From Felis catus (Eukaryota): a DNA stretch of 64,000 nucleotides. The DNA is taken from the NCBI RefSeq assembly GCF_018350175.1, contig NC_058377.1, positions 107,384,001-107,448,000 on the forward strand, written 5' to 3'. The notes below the pieces were generated by a model. The model was not told where the DNA came from. It saw nothing but the letters and a program-made list of their open reading frames with translations, and made no database searches. The position numbers and the translations under genes are program-made. Of this stretch, positions 1 to 11,006 are shown in pieces (positions within the stretch are counted from its first letter, which is position 1; each line of letters begins with the position of its first letter).

Positions 1-450
1 TTAAAAGTCTCCTTCTCTCTACTGGGAAAAAAACCCAAAAAACAACAACTGAAGAATTTTCTGTGAATTCCCTGGGGTCACTCTGAACCATCCCACCCTC
101 AAATCAGTTCTCAGCCACACGCGATCCCTGGGCAGGGCCGAGGTGGCCTCTTCCCACTCTGGGGAAGTGAAGTGGGTGGGAGAGGGCGTGGCTTCTGCCT
201 GGGGGGTCTGGGGGTGAGCTTGGGTGGCTGCTGGGGCTCTTCCACTCACACCGTTTTCTCAGAGAGCCCGCCTGAGGCGGGGCTGGGGGAGCGGGAGAGG
301 CCTCTGGCTGCAGGAACCCCAAGCCCCAGCAAAGCTTCAAGTTCTTTACCAGGGGGCTCCAGGGTCAGCGTGTGGGGCTGGACACATCCACGTTCAGGCT
401 TCTGAGAGCATCCTGACCCACTTAATTAAATTAAAATCGTGGTGTTCCCT

Positions 451-638
451 GGGGCACCTGGGTGGCTCGGTCGGTTAAGGGTCCGGCTCTCGATTTCGGT
501 TTCGATCATGATCTCACGGTTCATCGGTTCAAGGAGCCTGCTTGGGATTCTCTTTCTTTCTGCCCTTCCCCTGCTCACAGGCACTCTCACACATGCTCTC
601 TCTCTCTCTCTCTCTGACTCAAAATAAATAAATAAAAA
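451..638 (+). mobile_element. CanSINE (SINEC_Fc-like)
   Basis: GGGGCACCTGGGTGGCTC head, (CT)n tract, AATAAA-rich tail. Confidence 0.9.
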
Positions 639-907
639 CCGAAAAAACAGAAACCGTGGTTTCCAGGCAACGTGAGGCAGTGAGGCTTTCCCATTAGGCA
701 GCGCTGGTTTGGATCCTGCCCCCTACTACGGGCTGGGGCTCACATACTGCTCACCCCGCCAGTGGGTAGCACGCCCGGCACCTGCAGGCCTCAGCCCAGA
801 CTCCCTGTCCACCCCAAAGTCATTTGGGGTACAAAGATCCCTTACTGGCCTGCAAAGAACACAACCCGTCTTGCTCAGAGCGGATGAGATCAGAAAACAC
901 TCTAAAG

Positions 908-1154
908 GAGGTGCTGGCAAATGTTTTTTTATAAAGGACCCGAAAGTAAGCATTCGGGGCACCGCAGGCCACACAGTCTCTGTTACAGCTTTGGGGTCAT
1001 TGCTCGGAAGAAGCTGTAAACAATATATAATTGGCGATGTTCGTGTATTCTACTAAAATTTCAAAAATAGCAAAGCCATTCTTAGCTCATGGGCTGACCA
1101 AAAAAAAAAAAAAAAAAGGGATTTAGCCTGTGGCTGTGGTTTGCCAACCCCTGC
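908..1154. mobile_element. MER58-like hAT-Charlie DNA transposon fossil
   Basis: Degenerate terminal inverted repeats (..TGGCAAA / TTTGCCAACCCCTG) and interior resembling MER58 as recalled. Confidence 0.6.
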
Positions 1155-1725
1155 TCTAAACTCAACTGTATCTGTCTTCTGCCTGGAGCCTTCAATGGCT
1201 CCCCACTGCCCAGGAGGTATAGTCCAAACTCCTCGGTGTGGCTTTCAAGGCCTATACATACATTCTCGTTCTAACTTCTACTCTTCTTGTCCACATATTG
1301 ACTCAGCAGATCCCCGCTACAACCCGATGAGGGAGGACTAGTTCTCTTCTCATTTTACATATGGGAAAACTGAGGCAGACACACAGTTAACTAGCCTGCT
1401 CAAGCTCAACCTGCTAACAGAAGACGGACTGACGTCTGAACCCTGCGGTCTGACCACTGGGCGTCCTTCCTTCCCTCTCTGCCGTCCACACACCCACAGC
1501 TCGCCACCCACCTGCCTGTCCCAGGCACTGGGCTATGCGCTGAGGCTGTCACAGCCCCAGACGTGGCTGCATCCCTGCCCCGGAGACACTTCCAGTCCAG
1601 TCCCGCAGGGGCCAAGGGTCAGGGAATATGAAGAGTGACAGGACTCTGCCCGTCTGGAGGGTCCAGGGGCTGTGGCTCGGGCAGGCCATTGGCACTTGTG
1701 GATCTTTTATGGGGAAATCACTTGC

Positions 1726-2055
1726 TTTTTATTTTTTATTTTATTTATTTACTTTTGAGAGAGAGAGAAGGAACAAGTGAGCAAGGAGCAGACGGGAGGA
1801 AAGAGCGAGAGAGGAGGACAGAAAGAGAAGAGAAAATCCACGAGGGGCAGAGAGAGAGAGAGAGAGAGAGAGAAGCAGGGCTCACCCAATGCGGGGCTCG
1901 AACTCCCGACCCGAGAGATCATGACCTGAGCTGAAATCAGATGCTTAACCGACTGAGCCACCCAGGTGCCCCATACTTCATTTTATTTTTTAACGTTTAT
2001 TTATTTTGAGAGAGAAAGAGCATGCTCGCGATTGGGGGAGGGGCAGAGAGAGAGG

Positions 2056-2099
<44 letters not shown>

Positions 2100-2218
2100 C
2101 CCAAGCAGGCTCTGCACTGACAGTGCAGAGCCTGACGCGGGGCTCGAAGTCCTGAACTTGAGCTCATGACCCGAGCCGAGGTCAGAGATCTTAACCGACT
2201 GAGCCACCCAGGCACCCC
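1726..2218 (-). mobile_element. Two tandem/nested CanSINEs (about 1730-1972 and 1985-2218)
   Basis: Two reverse-complement SINE heads (...CCACCCAGGTGCCCC and ...CCACCCAGGCACCCC) with (GA)n tracts and a shared outer target-site duplication. Confidence 0.9.
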
Positions 2219-2269
2219 TCATTTGCTTTTTAGATGTTGAAAACTAAGTCAAAAGTTTAAGAACTCCTG

Positions 2270-4430
2270 TGCAGCCCTCTCGTGCCATGGCTGCCTTCTC
2301 CCCTGCTGCCCTCCTCACACGCCCCTCCACTCCTTATTGCTGCTTCAGACTATTCTCACTCCCCGCTTCCCCATCTAGTTTCTCAGGTTGTGCCCCCTCT
2401 GGCACCCCCACCCCCTGTCCTCATTCATCCGCGGGATCCAAGGAGTCCTCCCCCCTCACAGCCACCTGCTCCTTGCCCCTCCTTCTCCAGCCCTGGCCTC
2501 ACTCTCAGCCCCGTGGACAGGACCTTCAATAACTCCACCCCCAGCCTCCCACCTCCTTCCTGGCTGGCCCCCCCACCTCGGTCGCCCACTCTGGCGATGC
2601 TAGAATTCCCGGGGCAAGCTTCCACCCCACACCGACCATTCTCGCCCTTGTAGACACCCGCAAGCACCCCTCCCTAGCTGGGCTGAGGCAGACACAGCTC
2701 CGGTGAAACTCCAGCTCCCTGCCTGCCCCCACGGCCACCCACCAGCCGCCAGTGCGCCTGGAGGAGAGCACAGCCAGGCCACCTCCGCCGAAATTCGCGG
2801 CCGCAAAACCCAGTGGCGCCCTTGACGCTGCCCAGCACGCTTTCCGTACCTCGCGCTTGGGGAGAGTCGATCACTTTAAACCTGATCCTCTCTCCTTCAA
2901 CCCCCATCCTTACTCCTGGCTCAGGACTTGGCTTCCTTTCCTGGAGAAACTGGAAGCACCCACAAGAGAGACTTCTACTCGTTTCCACGAAGCATCTACC
3001 CACCACGACGCACGCACCCATGTCCGCTGCCCGGTGTTTAGTTGAGCCACCCCTCCCCGGGCACCGGACCCCCTCTCTCCTACTCAAGGACATCACTCCA
3101 GCTAGCCTGCCTTCTCTCCTGCAGCCAGTAGTCCCCTGGCTCCTGGATTACTCCCATCAGCTCCTAAACGTGCTATTTTCTTTTCCCTTTCTAGAAAACA
3201 AAAAAAAAAGTAAACAAACCCTTCCTTGACCTTCGTTGGGCCTTCGGCTGCTGCCCACCTCTCTGCTCCCTTTCCTGGAGCACCGCTGCCCAAAGCGGGT
3301 TCTCCTTTCTGTCTCCACCGCTTCCTCCCGTTGTCCCTCGCCGCTGAGCTGAGGTCAGCCCTCCAGCCACCTCGCCACCCAGACTGCAAAGGCCCCACGT
3401 TGGCAACTCCAGCACGCGACTCCCAGGCCTCCTCCGGACAGAAGCACCCGCTTGCCGCGCAGGCCTTGCTTGCCCCCGGCTTCCCTCCCAGACGGCCGCC
3501 CGTTCCCGCTGCTCCTCGGCTGCTGCCCTCCGAAGACCCAAGCTCCGGGCCCGGCCCAGGCCCTTGCCTGTCTACACTCGCTCCCTGGGCCTCCCAGAAC
3601 GCTGCATCAGTGACGGACAACTCCCGCGCCTACAAATCCCGCCTTGGCCATATCCCTGCTGGAAACCTCCAGCTGGGTGCCCACAAGGCACCTCTAACCT
3701 GACCTGGCCCAAACGAGGCTCCCGGTTTGGGCGCAGCTCCGCCAGACTTGGGAGCCACCCCGTCCTCCCGGGTGCCCGAGCCAGACTCCTGGCAGCCATC
3801 CCTGACTCCCCTCTTTCCCTCACGCCCCGCGTCCAGTTGGTCGGCAAACCCTGCCAGTTCTACCTTCAGAATAAGCCCAGGGTCCCGCTATTCCCAGGCC
3901 ACCATCCTCCCTCGAAGGGGCTCTAGGGGCAGCCTCCCCTGATGGCCCCGCGCTGCTTTACCCCACCGCGGATTAGTCTCAACACAGGGGCCCTGGTGGT
4001 GCTCTGGGGCCCAAATCAGATCACCCTGCCTCGGCTCCAGGTGAAAGTCAGGTCTTTACACTGGCCTCTGAGGCCCGGCCCCGCTGCCCCTCCCCGCCGT
4101 CAATCCCTCACTGCCTCTCCAACTCCCCTCCCCTTTGGAGCCTAGACGGTGTCCTGCCCTCAGGGCCTCCGCATTTGCCCCTCCTTCCGCCAGATCTGTC
4201 TTTCCACAAATAGGGGCAGGGCGCACCCCTCACCACTTCCAACCTCTGCTCCACTGTGGCTTCTCACCGAGGCTGACCCTGACCACCTCAGTCAGAGTCA
4301 CTCCCCCAGCCCCTGGAACCCTGGGTTCCAAAGAGAAAGGAATGACTGTTTCCTGCGCTGCCTCGCGGCGTCTGTCATATCACGTGTGTGTTTGTTTGTT
4401 TATGGCTTGTCTCTCCCCCGCTCAACTAGA
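2270..4430 (+). mobile_element. Degraded LINE-2 (L2) remnant in the BAD intron
   Basis: Segments resemble L2 ORF2 and 3' consensus, e.g. ...gggtgcccacaaggcacctctaacctgacctggcccaaac... and ...cagttctaccttcagaata.... Boundaries are approximate. Confidence 0.55.
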
Positions 4431-4535
4431 AGAAACTGAGCACTTGATCTAGGGGATGAGGAGCAACAGCGAGGTGGGGGCTCTGCAGCGAGCAAACAGT
4501 GAGTGCAAAGATCTGGATGTTAAAGAAGTTAAAGA

Positions 4536-4760
4536 GGGGCGCCTGGGTGGCGCAGTCGGTTAAGCGTCTGACTTCAGCCAGGTCACGATCTCACGGTCCG
4601 TGGGTTCGAGCCCCGCATCAGGCTCTGTGCTGACAGCTCAGAGCCTGGAGCCTGTTTCCGATTCTGTGTCTCCCTCTCTCTCTGCCCCTCCCCCGTTCAT
4701 GCTCTGTCTCTCTCTGTCTCAAAAATAAATAAACGTTAAAAAAAATTAAAAAAAAAAAAA
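4536..4760 (+). mobile_element. CanSINE with perfect target-site duplication AAAGAAGTTAAAGA
   Basis: Full head, CT tract and poly-A tail. Duplication at 4522-4535 and 4759-4772. Confidence 0.95.
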
Positions 4761-5587
4761 AGAAGTTAAAGAAAGTCTGTGGAGTTCAGCGTGACAAAGT
4801 GTGCGCGTGCGTGCAGGCTGGGCAGGAGGACTCAGGAAGCCTTCTTGTTCCTGGAAATGGGGATGGGGTCTTTTAGGCCCCAGCAGGTCAGGGATAGGAG
4901 TTTTTGTTTTCGGGTCTCTATGGTTCTCCCAGGCGCCAAACCTATGTTGGGCGCAGGGGAGGTGGGCACTACTGAGAAACGGCCACTGCTCTCCATCCTT
5001 CCGTCTCAGCACTGGGTCCCCTGGGCCGGTGTGGGCAGACCTGCTGGTCCTGGAAGGGCTGTCTGTCTCTTGGGGTCACTTGCTCCTGGCAACTGGCAAG
5101 GATAGCCCCAGTGTGGGTGTGAGCCACAGGGCAGGAAAGAACATACCCGGGGGGGGGGGGGGGTCAGGCGCGATTTCAGGCAAGATGCAAAGCCAAGGGC
5201 AGGGCACCTTGGCGTCTTCCAGCCCTGCTTCCCACCAACAGCCAGATAAGTGTGACCTTAGGCAAGTCACTTCCCCTTTCTGGCTCGCTGCCTGCCTCTA
5301 GGTGATCTCTGTCCTGGTCCTACACTAACGGCTACACTCTTTGACCATGGACTATGCACTGGCACTATAATTAAGTGCTTCCTATATATTTCTGCTAATC
5401 GACCCAACAGCCCTACAATGGTGGTGATCATTTGCTGTTTCACAGAAGAGGAAACTGAGGTGCAGAGGAGGTCAGGGACTTACTCACAGCCACCCAGTGA
5501 GTGTGGATATGGCTGGCATGCAGAGAGTCATTGGGCTGAGGGCAAGGCCAAGGCGGACAGGCAGGTGGCTGGGGGGTGAATACCTAC

Positions 5588-5774
5588 CTCCATGGTGGTT
5601 GCTGCTGGCGGGCTGCCCCTGCTGGTGACCAGCTTCCCCGAGGAGGCCTGGGGTCGTCCGCTGGTGCTTGCCAGGGCCGCGGGGCCGGTCCCCTGTGGGG
5701 CTGGGGCCCAGGCCCCTATCCGTAGGGCTGGAGTCTTCCTGCTCACTGGGCTCAAACTCTGGGATCTGGAACAT
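5588..5774 (-). CDS. BAD: BCL2-associated agonist of cell death, first canonical coding exon (partial gene; remaining exons lie left of the window)
   Basis: Translation [29 protein letters not shown]...SSNHHG matches the BAD N-terminus. Acceptor cag|cccagagcATG places the exon start at 5782. Donor G|GTAGG follows 5588, giving 187 coding nt (phase 1). Confidence 0.96.
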
Positions 5775-5999
5775 GCTCTGGGCTGTGGGGGCAAGACAGG
5801 AGGTAGTCAGGACACAGGGGGCATGTGGTGTTCGGTGAAGGGAGGGGACAGCAGACACCTCTGGTTCTGTCTCCCACCTTAGAGCCCCAGGTCCACCCTG
5901 CCTCCCGGGCTCCCGTCTCTAGCTGGGCAGCTCGCTCGGCCTGTCCACCCACGACCTAAATCTCCTCTTTTGGAGCCTTGGTGCTGTGAAGTAGTCCCA

Positions 6000-7500
6000 G
6001 GCCCCTACCTAGGCCCCGGCCCAACCTGCCCTAGGTGACGGCCCACAAGTCTTACCCCAAGCCCGATCTCGAGGCCCCTGACCCGGGCCTGCCGCCTCCC
6101 TCCAGTACTGAGGGAGCCCGGCCCTAGTTGCCTGGGCAACGGGAACTGTCACCGACCCGGCCCAATCAGCTTTTGAAATGTCACCAGGGCTGGCCAGGGG
6201 GCGTGGCCGCTTCCGACCCAGTCTCCGCCCCCGCCGCGGGACTTGCTCCCTGCCTACCGCCTTCGTCCTGGGTCCCTTCCTCGCCTCCCGCTGCTCAGTT
6301 CCCGACATCCCTGGGCCTGGGACGTGTGTGGGAGCAGATAAGGGATTCTCTGGGGTCCCCATTTGAAACCCGGAGACCAGCTTCTGCTGACAAGCCCTTC
6401 AGCCCCCTGGACTTTAGTCTCCACTCCTGTAAAATGGGGGTAATGACACCTCCCTCAGGAGCCAGTGAACTTTGTAAACCGAGTGGTGACTACTGTGGGT
6501 GAAAACACTTTGCAAAGCTTCAGCCGAAGCTCAGCCGTCGGATGCATTCGTTGTTGCTGTGGTCACTGCTCTACCTGGATGCGATTGTTGTTGCTGTTGT
6601 CCCTGCTCCGAGTGGACTGGGTAGCCGGGTCGGGAAGTCCCGCTCCCTCTTCCCCCACAGTGGAAACCTCGCACCGCCCGCCTCGGGGGCACCACTCCCC
6701 GCGCCAGCTCTGGAGAGCTCGAGATAAGCGAGGGAGCCTCCTCCCCGGCAGGATGACTGCCCCGGCGCAGGAGAGGGGGCCCCGTTGTGGGTGACCGTAG
6801 GACCCGCGGGGGCTTCGCGCCGGGAGGGCAGCCGGCCAGGTGAGCGGGAACCGCGGCCGGCCAGGGCGTGGGGCGGGCGCGCCTCCGGGGGACTGCGGGG
6901 CCCTGCGGGTTAAGCCCTGGGGCGGGGGGGGGGGGCGGGGGGGGGGCGGGGGGGGCGGGGCCCGGGGGCCATCTTGGCTGTGGGCGGAAGTTTCCTTCCG
7001 AGAGCCGGTGAGGGGAAGTCGTTACCGCCCCCCCGCCCCGGCCGGCTGGCGCGCTCTCGATTTGAGGATGGGCAAGACAAGCATGGGAACTGGCGGCCCC
7101 CCAAACAAACAAGGCCCGCCGTCCCTGGGCACGGCCCACCCGCGCGCCCGTCGGTTGCGCTTTCGCCCCAGCGTCTCGGCCTCCCGCTGCCTCTAGTAAC
7201 CCCGGGCGCCCGCCGGCGGCGCAGCTCGCGCCAATTCTCGAACGGCTCCGCGCCGGGCGCGGCGCGACTCGGCGCGCAGCTGCGGAGCTGGTGGGGCCAG
7301 ACCCTGCGCGATTAGCGTAGCCAACGGCGCCCGCGCAGGCGCAGGCGCAGGAGGGGGCGGAGCAGCGGGAGCCGGGGAGCTGGGGAGCCGGAGCCCCGGG
7401 TCCCAGCGACCAGAGCCGGCTCCCCCGGCGGCGTCCCGAGGACCCGGCGTCGGCCTCCTCCCGCCCCCCGAGGCTGGAGAGTGGATGAAGTGGGGGGTGG
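6000..7500. promoter_or_regulatory. CpG island / bidirectional promoter region of BAD (-) and GPR137 (+)
   Basis: Very high CpG and GC content, GC boxes, CCAAT (about 6162 and 7231) and GCGCAGGCGC NRF1-like repeats (about 7333-7349), lying between divergent genes. Confidence 0.75.
6056..6129 (-). other. BAD: BAD 5' leader exon (non-coding in the canonical transcript)
   Basis: Minus strand reads ...ggggcctcgagatcgggcttggg|gtaag, a strong donor, and resembles the human BAD mRNA leader as recalled. The 5' end is approximate. Confidence 0.75.
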
Positions 7501-8034
7501 GGTGCGGGCAGCGTCGGAATTCCGAGGACAGAAGGCAGAGGCCGTCCCCAATCCGGATTATTGGAGGGGAGAGAGACCCCCAGTTTGGGGAGGGGGAGAG
7601 CTGGGGGGTGAGCGCCCCACCCGCAGCGGCCGCTGCCCTCGGCCGAAGGGTATCTCTCGGCTCTCCCCCTCCTGCCGAGACGACTCGAACGACCAAGGCC
7701 AGGGACCCCTGTCCTTCAGCCTCTGCACCCCCTCACCCCGCTCTGGGGCTGGCCCGGGGAGGAGACCCTGCCCACCTCCCGCCTCTGCCCTCGCGAGGGA
7801 CTGTCCTTCCACGCCCCAGAGTGAGGGGCCCCGGCCCCAGGCTGCCTGTGCCCCGCTGCAAGGGCAGGGTCCCTCTGTTGAGGAGGAAGGGCCTGGCCAG
7901 TCGCAGCTTCTTTCCTCCTGAGCTCCCCGTCTCTGTCGCTGCACCCTGCAACTCCCACCCCTCCATATTTATTTCCCTGGCCCCCTGCCAGCCCCTCCAT
8001 CTCCTTCTCTGGGATTCAGGCCTCCCTTCCGGAC

Positions 8035-10714
8035 ATGGAGAGTAACCTGTCTGGCCTGGTGCCTGCTGCCGGGCTGGTGCCTGCGCTGCCTCCCGCCGTG
8101 ACCCTGGGGCTGACTGCGGCCTACACCACCCTGTACGCCCTACTCTTCTTTTCCGTCTATGCCCAACTCTGGCTGGTGCTTCTATATGGGCACAAGCGCC
8201 TCAGCTATCAGACGGTGTTCCTGGCACTCTGTTTGCTCTGGGCTGCCTTGCGCACCACCCTCTTCTCCTTCTACTTCCGAGATACCCCCCGAGCCAACCG
8301 CCTGGGACCCCTGCCCTTTTGGCTTCTCTACTGCTGCCCTGTCTGCCTACAGTTCTTCACGCTGACGCTTATGAACCTCTACTTTGCCCAGGTAACCATG
8401 ATAACGGGTGGGGGGAGGGGGTGGGCCGCGGGGTGGCCAGCCCCAAGGGCCCGAAGGAATGATGGGCATCTCTGCTCCCAGGTTGTGTTCAAGGCCAAGG
8501 CCAAGCGCCGGCCGGAGATGAGCCGAGGCTTGTAAGTACATGGGACACGTGGGCACACCCGCCAGGCCAGGGGTTAGGGACCAGGCTGGTGTCCAATTTC
8601 TTGCCCCCCTCCTGTGCAGTGCTGAGGCGAGGACAAGTTAGGAGGTGTTTGTGGAAGGGCTTGGAAAAGTTAGGCACCTGCGGCAGACGGCCCGGCAAAG
8701 GCATTGCACCCGTGAAGGGCAACCATCATGGAAACGGTGATGGCAGCGTGAGGGGAGAGGGTCCCAGTGTCTTCCGTGATAGAAGAAGGGCTGGAGGCTC
8801 CAGCCCTTGCAAGCCCCGGACTGCCACTTCTGGGTGACCTTGGCTGGCGGTGATAAGCCTGTCATTTGTATAACGTCTTACGGTTTAGGGAGAGCTTTCA
8901 CAAACATTTTTTACGACCTACCCGTGAGGCTGTTATTATCCCCATCTGAGAGATGAGGGAACTGAGGCCCAGCAAGGTAAAGCCACACGTTCAAGGTCAT
9001 AGATGCGGCGGAAGGCAGAGTCAGGGCTTACATTCGACTCTCAGTCCCGTGCTCAGTCCACTGTGTCATAGGTGTCAGTCATACCTGACCTCACTGGGCC
9101 TCGGTTTCCCCTTCTGTAAAACCGGAGAGCCGGGGTGCAGACAGCGTCGGCCTGGATTGGTTCTGACCCTGGCGTCAACTAGGGTCTCCCGGGGGAGTTC
9201 GGGTGGTCAGTGAGCGCTAGGGACGGCTGCCTGGGGCTGACTGTGCTGTGGGCCGCAGGCTGGCCGTCCGGGGGGCCTTCGTGGGGGCCTCGCTGCTCTT
9301 CCTGCTGGTGAATGTGCTGTGTGCTGTGCTGTCCCGCCGGCGCCGGGCACAGCCCTGGGCCCTCCTGCTGGTGCGAGTCCTGGTGAGCGACTCCCTCTTT
9401 GTCATCTGCGCGCTGTCTCTTGCCGCCTGCCTCTGCCTTGTCGCCCGGCGGGCGCCCTCCACCAGCATCTACCTGGAGGCCAAGGTAGGGCCCCAAGCCC
9501 CGATACCCGGGTGCCCTTCGGGGTCTTCGTGCAGTGGTCTTCAGGGTGGGGAGGAGACTGGAGCCTCCCTTCCCTGAGGGTCCCCTCTTGTCATCTGTGC
9601 CAGGGGACCAGTGTGTGCCAGGCGGCTGCGATGGGTGGCGCCATGGTCCTGCTCTATGCCAGCCGGGCCTGCTACAACCTGGCAGCCCTGGCCTTGGCCC
9701 CCCGGAGCCGGCTGGATGCCTTCGATTATGACTGGTACAACGTCTCTGACCAGGTGGGCGTTCGGCTCGTCTGCTGCCTCCTTAGTAGCCATGGCTCTCG
9801 GCCCCCCATTGGCCTCGGCTCTGTCCGGGTGCCCCCGCCAGCACGACCGTGGATTGACACAACCCCCTGCCCTCCTAGGCGGACCTGGTGAACGACCTGG
9901 GGAACAAAGGCTACCTGGTGTTTGGCCTCATCCTCTTTGTGTGGGAGTTGCTGCCCACCACCCTGCTGGTGGGCTTCTTCCGGGTGCACCGGCCCCCGCA
10001 GGACCTGGTGAGGGCCAGTGGCGAGGGGTGGACACTGGGAATCCCTGGGCTGGGGTCTGGCGGGAAGCCAGCGGTGGGGCGGGAGAAAGCATGATGGCGG
10101 CTTCCTCCCCCAGAGCACCAGCCGCATCCTCAATGGGCAGGTCTTTGGCTCCCGTTCCTACTTCTTCGACCGGGCCGGGCACTGTGAGGATGAGGGCTGC
10201 TCCTGGGAGCGTGGCCGGAGCGAGAGCACCAGGTAGGAGCCCTGGCCTCCCTCAGGTCCTCCGGCCTGCCCGCCTGCCCTGCTGAACCGTGGGGACCTAG
10301 AGCCTGGTCTTGCCACTTTCCCCTTGACCCCACCCCCGCCATGGCCCCCATTTCCTGTCTGTACTAGGTAAGGTCCCCTCTGGCTTCCACCTCCCACCCC
10401 GAGATGCAGCTTGCCGCAGTCCAGAGGGTTCGGGCCCTGGGCGCTGGAAAGCTGGGGCACCGGGCCCTGTTCTGAGCCTCTCTCCCTCCCCCAGCTGCTG
10501 TGAGTGTGGCCCCGGTCACTGCCTTGGGACTGACCCTTGTTTCTCTGCCTGCAGCATGTCAGGCAGCCTAGGCTCCGGCAGCTGGTATGGCGCCATCGGG
10601 CGGGAGCCAGCCTGGTGCGGGGGCAGCCAGACACGGACCACTCCTCTGCTCTTCTCCCAGGTGCTGGGACCAGGTGGCCACCACCACAGTCTCTACTCCA
10701 CCCCGCAGACGTGA
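8035..10714 (+). CDS. GPR137: Integral membrane protein GPR137 (7TM, lysosomal), 396 aa
   Basis: Exons 8035-8391, 8482-8531, 9259-9484, 9604-9753, 9879-10007, 10114-10232, 10555-10714. All are GT-AG with consistent phases, 1191 nt in total. Protein runs [27 protein letters not shown]... to ...[11 protein letters not shown]. Confidence 0.96.
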
Positions 10715-11000
10715 TCCCCTTCTGTCCTCCCCCCAGAACACCCAGACCCCGGTCCTCCCATCCCAGGCCCCGCCACCCCCCCGTGCCAAGTTCACCTGCC
10801 GCTTCTTGCCCAGGATCATGGGAGGCTGTGGCCGCCTCTTCCCCTGGCCAGCTCCTGGCTACTCTTGTCGTAGTGAGCTTGTGCTGTCCCCTAGGATGGG
10901 GGGCATGGCCCTGGCTGCCAGATGCCCTACAGCACCTTGGCATGACCTGCCGCCTCTGCTGCTACACTGGAGCCAGCTACCTCTCCTGCACCTGCCGCTC

Positions 11001-11006
11001 AATAAA
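11001..11006 (+). terminator. GPR137 polyadenylation signal AATAAA
   Basis: AATAAA about 290 nt after the stop codon, followed by GT-rich sequence. Confidence 0.8.

Noticed and set aside
6531-8045. ORFs of 110-200 aa between BAD and GPR137
   Set aside because: CpG-island artefacts. The 7485-8045 ORF is out of frame with the GPR137 ATG, so it cannot be a simple N-terminal extension.
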